A DNA stretch of 64,000 bases from Chrysomallon squamiferum (lineage: Eukaryota > Animalia > Mollusca), in contig CM022670.1 in the NCBI GenBank assembly GCA_012295275.1, positions 22,444,001-22,508,000 of the forward strand, in the 5' to 3' direction. Positions 56,301 through 64,000 of this stretch are shown one piece after another. Positions within the stretch are counted from its first letter, which is position 1. Every line of letters begins with the position of its first letter. A program made the translations under genes and the position numbers. A model generated the notes under the pieces. That model was not told the DNA's origin and ran no database searches. It was given only the letters and a program-made list of their open reading frames with translations.

Positions 56301-57705
56301 AAGGAAACATTTTATGCTTAAACAAAAATGTTATGCAGGTCTTATATTTTAGCCTCACGGTTAGAGGTCATTAATTATTTATTATTATTAAGCTGTCACA
56401 CATTAATCTGTGTCATTCAGACAGTCTTGAGACGAAAAATTCCATTGGCAGAAAGAGGTTTCTCCCTTAACGGGACAGACCAGTCTCAAACAATGGGTGC
56501 CAATGTGAGTCGGTAAAGAAGGTTCTCTCCTCCGTGAAGCAGTATAGCCGTTATTAGTCAAATTTTTTAATTCGTCGAAAAGACACAAAGAAATGATTTT
56601 ATATATTAAAAAAAAAAAAAAATGTTAATAAATTTTAGTATGCCCTTGGTTTGAACGAATAATATAAAACACACAGTTTGATGTATGAAGAACAAAAAGA
56701 TGTACGATAGCAGAAAGGTACGAACACTTCGCGATTTGTCACCCTCTTCCTGGTGACTGTTCGTGCAAGCGTCGCTTACACGTTTTGTCACCCGGGAGAC
56801 AGATTGTGACGTAACAAGAGTGAAACCAGCGCTATCTCTTACTGTGTCTTTCGATGTCTGAGATTTTCGCGAGGTATGTAAATGTGCATGTTTTGAAGTG
56901 ATGTAGATTGTGTTAGGCGAAGACGACATCTTTGTGTAAATCCGGCAGTATTTTGTTTAAATGTACAATCTTAAGGTAGTTTTAACCTGGCTTATTTTAA
57001 CAAAAAAAAAAAAAAGAAGATGAAGTAGAAGAAGAATATTGAAAAATCAACAACAATAATAATTAAACAACCAAAACCAACGATTAATCGAATGCAACAT
57101 AATGTTTCCAGAAATTAGAAACGTTAGATTGTTTGTTTTTCCAGCCTTTTTTTTTTTTTTTTTTTTTTCTCTCTGATTCTAAACAAAAGTGAACAATGGC
57201 AAGTGCTAATCAGTATTAATAGCGCACATCTGTGGCAACAAATTTCTTCTGCTATCGGCCAAAGACTCCCGGAGTACCAAAGAATTCATTAAACAAACGC
57301 TCTTTTATTTTCATATCCGAAGTGAAACAAACGATAGTCTTGTAATAATAAAGAAAATAAATGGAATAGCAGAAGCTAGACGTGATGTCAGATAATAACA
57401 TTAACCTAAATATGTTTAATTACCACCGAGATGATGTATAAAGGATTCAAAATGTCAATCGATTCACAGTTTGAATTACTTATCTCCCTTGCGTGTTTTC
57501 GCAATCCAACTGACGCCATATTACTGTCGTGATCAATTATGGAGCCGGTTCTTCATTAAAACTGTCTGCAGTTATCGTTTATATTTGGAACAAACAAACA
57601 AACAGAAAAAATTCCAGTAAATTAGAACTGAATATAAATTCATTGTAGGTTCCTGGTTTTAGGAATTCGTCACCATTTTATCTTTAGAAATAACTTGGGG
57701 AACTA

Positions 57706-57769
<64 letters not shown>

Positions 57770-58312
57770 TTATTTTCTTCACATAAGATTATATCCGACA
57801 TGAGAAAAGTACTGAGAAAAAAAATTTACATTTTAAAAAAAGAAATTTCTGAATTTAATCATGTAAGACATTAAATAAAGGTGTAGCAAACATTATTCTC
57901 TGTACGCACCCAAACAACCGACGGTTGTATACATTATAAAGGAATTTGTTGCCTTTAATATATAAAAACTGAGTCGAAAAAAATTTTCAAAAAATTCCTC
58001 AAAAACGATTGAGAAAGCATCTACCTCGCGCGCCTCTCCGACTGTCGTAATGCTACGTTCTGTTCTGGCTGTGCCCCTCAGTTGGTGCTAATGTAGTACG
58101 TTCGTCTCACTTCTTCATCCAGATGTTTCTAATTCTGTGAAAGCTGTAGCAGTGTCAACATTAGGTGAATTGTGCTGGAATACAAACTGTATGAATGAAT
58201 GTACGATAATCTGTTTATGAATTTGTCCTGTAAACTGTAACTGTTGAAAATTCTGAAAAATATTTGAAAAAAAAAACCCAATAAAATAAGAAATAATAAT
58301 AATAATAATAAC

Positions 58313-58382
<70 letters not shown>

Positions 58383-59352
58383 TAATGTAATATTATTATT
58401 ATAATATAAAATACATATACTGTATTTAATTTAATTTTGTAAGATTTCAAATTATCGCATATTTGTGGCCATTCTCGGTTGTAACGGTATTTTCAGAATT
58501 GTCCGAAAATGGAGACAGTTAAAAACTGATTTTTTAATACACAATAACATACATACTTTATTTGTATTTTAATTCATGTTTATGCTTTTTTCTTTTTTTT
58601 TTATTACAATTTTCAGTAATATGTAGATGCGTTAAAAGTATCTACATATTCCTGATAATTGCATATATATAAAAAAAATAAAACGGTTTTATCGATATAA
58701 AAAAATAAGAAAAACAAACCTTTGTGTTTATTTTAAAACTTGATCTGCTTTTGGAAATGCCAAGAATGTAAAAAAAAAAAAAAAAACCTGCCTATCTCGC
58801 CAATAAAGAACAAAGATAAACATTATACATGTATATACAGAGATAGATTTTGACATACTGTTGTCTTGAAACGGTTACACAATACCTCACTGTTCACAGT
58901 ATTCCACGCTATCAGAAGAAAAGAAAAAAAAGCCCACGAATGAAAGCTTTCTTATTCCTGAAACAAGGAGCAGTTGTCTGCTGTTCTGATATTGTATATG
59001 TATATAAGAACTTTGCGCGTGACGCAACCCTTTGTATGTTTTTTCTTGTTCTTCTTTTGCCCACCTAACCCGCCAATTTATTCTCTGTCTGATAAATGTG
59101 CGACCCACACAGTAGTTGAGAGGGTAAACATTAGACAAGTGTTCATATTTTTCAAGATGCTGTTCTAAACTGGTCCTGGTATTCTGGTGGCATGTTGCCA
59201 GTCACATATTTCCTCTCATGGATGTATTTACCTCGCTCTAGGGCGGATCCGTAAGAAATGCTGGATTGTTCTTTTTGGGGGTTTTTGTTTTTTTTTTTTT
59301 TTTTCTATTATTCTTGGGTGAGTTGAAAAATAACATATTATATCTTTAATTT

Positions 59353-59391
<39 letters not shown>

Positions 59392-59569
59392 AATTTCTAT
59401 TTATCCCATTCTCAGATGTTTATTGCTCTTGGTACAACTATAAATATGTTTTTTTTTTTTTTTTTTTCGGAAGGTTAAATAACCAATTTCAAACACGACT
59501 TCTTTTCTTTCCTAACATTGGCATTCTCGTTTTGTTTTCTCGTTCGTCATGACCCAACCTTGAGCAAAG

Positions 59570-59801
59570 AGGTAATCGTTTCCATGACAACTGATTTACC
59601 TCATGTAGGTGTTTCTCAGGTGTAACATTTATATATATATCTTGTAGGTAAATCAACAACATCATGTGTGGATATCAACACTAAAGTGTTCAGACGCTTT
59701 GTACAAATTATCCGAGAAAATATTGAAAAGAAAGAAATAAAGAGACGACTTCTGGAAAACCCAGCTGCTTACACTGTGAGGGATTTGTTGCCATTGGCGA
59801 C
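59570..59801. promoter_or_regulatory. Two RFX X-box-like motifs
   Basis: GTTTCCATGACAAC at 59578-59591 and GTTGCCATTGGCGAC at 59787-59801, compared with consensus GTTGCC(n0-3)GGCAAC. Confidence 0.35.
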
Positions 59802-60364
59802 GACTTAAAGTAGGGAGGTGCAGGGTTAAATAAATAAAGTTCTTGGATCGTTGATGTTTTTGTCTGCAGATTCTGTGATTATCAAAAAACTAAAATAAGA
59901 CGACAAAAAAAGAAAAGAAAAAAAGAACAAATTTCCTGTTCCAGACATCTCTGATAATTGAAGAACACAGCTGAAGAATTTTCGAAATGATGACTTCGGT
60001 TTTGCAGCCAACGTTTCCTAAACGAAGTAAGTTGCAGTTCAGTTTATTTACGTTTCTTGCGGATGTGAACGCGTATGGATATCTGAGTGCATGTTTGGCA
60101 ATGTCTGGGTGTTTAAGCATGCCTGTGTCTGTGCATGCGAGTGTGTGTATGTGTATTTGTGTGTGTGTTTGTGTGTGTGTGTGCGTGTGCGTGTGTGTGT
60201 GCGTGTATGTGTGTGTTTGTACGTGTGTGCGTGTGCGTGTGTGTGTTGGATGAACACGTATATAACATATTTAAAGACTACGCCCCAGGAAAGAAAACAA
60301 GTGAATAGTATTCACTTGAAGAGCTGAAGGCTAAGATACATTGTATTTAGCAGCCCTCTGAGCT

Positions 60365-60480
60365 AAATTCCACAGTTTGTGATTAAAGGTTATGGTATGT
60401 ACTGTCACGTTTGTCATGAAAATAAAAGTCTTGTTGTTGCCATGTTAAAGAGTATATAGTGAATATGGTTTTCCACTATG
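60365..60480 (+). mobile_element. Possible decayed SINE fragment
   Basis: tccacagtttgtgattaaaggttatggtatgtactgtc...ataaaagtcttgttgttgc...aagagta resembles the same recalled SINE body as 51170 and 62168. Confidence 0.3.
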
Positions 60481-60729
60481 CAGACTCTTTAGCCTTATCC
60501 ATGGTAGCAGATGAAAGAAAATAGTTCTTACTTCCCTATGTTAGCTGTGAAAATATACACATCTGTCAGATTATCATCATCGTAATGATCATAATAATCA
60601 TCATCGTCGTCATCATCATTATCATCTCATCATCATTATTATCATAACAGAAATATTTTTTTCAGATATAATTATTTGAAGCTAGTTACCTGAATTTTCT
60701 TAATTTATTTCTAAATTGTTTCACTGTAG

Positions 60730-60751
60730 GAATGCCTCGAATCTACAACAT
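60730..60751 (+). other. Candidate 22-nt microexon containing an ATG
   Basis: Pyrimidine-rich tract + ctgtAG | GAATGCCTCGAATCTACAACAT | GTAAGT (perfect donor). No partner coding exon was identified in the window. Confidence 0.35.
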
Positions 60752-62167
60752 GTAAGTAATTTTTTTTTGTTTTGTTTTTTTGTTTTTTGTTTTTGTTTAC
60801 ACTTTTAATCATTAGTTTTGAACAAGGAAAATGCATGCTGTTAGTGGTAGATGAAAATGAAAGTTAAGTTCAGCGCAGCTCTTACAGATTTCCAGATATA
60901 AAGGACGTTACAACTTGATTTAGTGATCTTCACAATACTAAAGATAACACATCGTAAATATTATATATCCCATAAAAGAGAAAATCAGATGAGGCATTTA
61001 TTTATTTATTTTATTGATTAACAATTTTTGCTTGTTTTTTTTTTATTTGTTTTTATTTGTTTTGTTTGTTTCATTCTTTCATTTATTTTCGAAAATAATT
61101 AATGACAGAATTAATAATTTTCCAAATCGTTCGAAATCAACGATTTAAAATAAAAAAGAACCACAGTAAAGATGTTGGTTTTTTTTTTTTTTTTTTTTTT
61201 TTTTAAGAAAACCAAGGATCATTAAAAGATATACTAAAGGATCATACAGCAGTATGTTATATCTGGACAGATGTGACTGAACTGCCTGACCTAAAAACCT
61301 TGTTTTGCTCTTTAAAATGAAATTATTTAGAAAATAATCTAGTTTAATTCCTTTTATTTACAAAGGCATAAAGAATTTCTAACCTGTCCAGATTTCCTTT
61401 AATATTTATAGTAATAGTACTTACAAATTTTATTCTTTCCCCCTCCCCTTTTCTTAGTATAGATAGATAGATAGATAAATAGATAAAAGATCCGAGAGGT
61501 TTTCATTCCTGTTTTGTGTTTCTTTCTTTGATTTTACTTTTCTTTTGTAATTTTGGAATTAGTTTTATTACCCATATCTATTCCTTAAAGATATTTAAAC
61601 AAACAAACACAAAGTATACCTAACATAATTATTTACCCTTTTTATTTATTTTATTTTATTTTATTTTATTTAACTGAAGTTATCTTTCTTTAGTTTACCA
61701 TTCTTCATTGTATTATTTTTATTTTATTTTGTTTGTTTTTATTTGACATTTGAAGTTACATATAATAAGATACAACATCTATTTTGAAACCGTAGAAATG
61801 TTTTTTTTTTGTTTACAAAATACGTCTTAGTTCTTGAGAAGAAGATCATGTGTTAGCATTAACAATTTTTATCAGTTCCGCCTTCAAAAAACGCAACAGA
61901 TACAAGCCTTTTATTTGTTTGTATCAAAGGGAGTATTAACATACATTTACACTATGTTTTCATGTTAACATAGCACACAACAGTCCTACCCAGTATAATT
62001 ATGATCAATTTAGGAATAACTCTATAATCATTAGTAGATAACGGACGAATAGATATTTACTTGCATCAAATACTGGAGGTATAAAGGTATTATTTGTTGT
62101 AGAGGTATTATTTATCTAAAGGCTGGCTTGATGCACGAGGAGAAAAGGAAAATAATGCCAGTATACT

Positions 62168-62275
62168 TTTCCCCGTTCCAGCTGGTTTGCTGTTTATGAG
62201 AGAGAGAAAGTCAAATATTCTTGCCGCTAATTCGTGAAGTTATCTCATGTAGTGGCAGCAAAGCTTTTCCTTTTT
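62168..62275 (+). mobile_element. Possible decayed SINE fragment
   Basis: ttccagctgg...ttcttgccgctaattcg...catgtagtggcagcaaagcttttcc resembles the recalled SINE core cttgctgctaatcg...catgtagtggcg...gtttcc. Confidence 0.35.
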
Positions 62276-64000
62276 CATATGATCATTTTGCAAGACACTT
62301 TGAGATAGACAGCTGATTATTGTTAGTATTACAATGCAGATAAACAAGTATACTTGCCAATCGTTAACGTTAAAATATATTTTGATGTCTTTAAAGAAGG
62401 ATTCATCTAATCACTCATGTGGGTTCTTTTATGCAAATTAAATTACAAGTCTGTGAATTTTAATTTCATAGAAACTGCGATCTTTGTGCACAAACGTAAA
62501 CACTTATATGCTATTGAAAATTTAAATGCTCCTAAAAAAAAAAAAAAAATAGAAGGAAAAAAAAAATATGTTTACTTTAAAATGTTCTCCTTTTGTAAGA
62601 AAACGTAAATTTTTATTATTTTATATTACCAACATCTTAAATGAAAATAAAGTTGTTTACTGTGCATTAGTTATATTGCGAAATGAATATTACGTTTCAA
62701 AGAAAAACACGAAAATAAAACGCGTATATTAGAAGAAAAGTAATATTTTTAGAAATAATCTTCAAGACACTTGATGTTTCCTTTTAACTGGTTTGCTCGT
62801 GACCGAAACAATTATAGAAGAAGACTTGTCTCTTGGTTTTATGTAATTTCACTGGGAATTTTGGCTGTTTGCCGAATGCAGTTGAAAAATGAGTTAGTTG
62901 AGACCATGTCAGTGAAAACGTCAGCTCGTTGTGTAATAACTTTACTTTGCAACGAGAGTCTTGAAAAAAAGTTTACTTCATTGATCAGAGACAAATCTGT
63001 ATTCATTCGATTTCTTAAAGGACATTTTTTTTATAATCTTTCTTTCTTATTTTTCTTTTTCTTTTTAAAAAAATAAATGGATTATGACAGACAAAGACTG
63101 ATATATATTAATATTATATATACGCTTCAGAGCGAGTTTTTACTTCTTTTTTTTAAAATTACTTGGATATCATAATCGGTTTAAAACATAAACACGCAGG
63201 CACAAGCGCACACGTAAAACAACGCCAATAAATCTGAACACATGCAAAGAATTTTAATAGTATCTTGAGCTGTCAGTGCGGTTGTTGTAAGTGTTAAGAT
63301 AAACTGACGTTCTGTGATAGCCAGTTACGTTAGTTTAAAGTGAGATGCCTCGTTTTGTATCGTACAAACACCCTGATACACACATAATGTTTATTTTCCA
63401 GTTGCAGATTTTAATACTACTGTAATTGTTTTCTTTTAACTTTGCTCATAAATGGTAAAATTATTTGTCTTCCTTTATATATACATACAAACATACATAC
63501 ATATATATATTGTTTAACTTTTGACAAGAAAATTTTTTAATTTGTCAGTAAAGCATAATCCTTTTGTTAATGAAACAACAGGAAGAATAAAAAATTATAT
63601 TTTGAATAACGAAAGACAAAACATTTTACCAAAACAACACAGCGAGTGTGAGAGTACTTCCCTCATTTTTTTGATTTGTTCAACTGATTAGAAAGTGGTA
63701 ATGGCCTCAGTGCTTCGAAAATATTCTATATAACATCCTATTATAATCCACAAAGTAATCAAGATCACTTGAGAACCATTAATTTTGATTTTCTCCGAAG
63801 TTGTAAAACTGGTGTATATTTTAAATACGGACATCTTGAATTTACGGTTATATTAATTAATACATGCGAGTAAGTGCATCGCAGACAGAGCTTTTTAGAA
63901 ATGTGTCGTAAAATTTCTGTGGTTTTGTGTGATGGAAAGTAACATTTTAGTATCTCCATAGCAAAAGCTGTGCCCAATTCCACATTATGATGAGGCCATT

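Noticed and set aside
58618-58650. 11-bp stem hairpin AATATGTAGAT...ATCTACATATT
   Set aside because: Short, AT-rich and isolated, with no Helitron CTRR end or ncRNA context; plausible by chance.

Overview
AT-rich, microsatellite-dense animal genomic DNA with GT-AG introns. It is probably a lophotrochozoan or mollusc (inference from gene content and repeat style). Four protein-coding genes are supported. (1) The last four coding exons of geminin (+, 139-1774). (2) A BTB-BACK-Kelch gene, most like KLHL21, with an uninterrupted 593-aa ORF (+, 6244-8025). (3) A two-exon TCF23/TCF24 (MyoRb) bHLH gene (+, 18203-19624). (4) A two-exon TCF21/musculin (MyoRa) bHLH gene (-, 38394-31737). The second exons of both bHLH genes are absent from the ORF track and were read directly from the sequence. 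The two sister bHLH genes form a convergent pair sharing an equivalent phase-0 intron. They sit in a ~50 kb CpG-retaining, motif-rich non-coding domain that contrasts sharply with the CpG-depleted geminin and Kelch gene bodies. The domain contains enhancer-like islands (many CACGTG and TGACAGAT sites, a Hox-Pbx-Meis-like composite), DNA-transposon MITEs, a possible transposase relic, SINE-like remnants and tandem duplications. A possible ATG-bearing microexon of a further gene lies near 60.7 kb. No RNA genes or CRISPR arrays could be supported. All counts were made by eye and are minimums.
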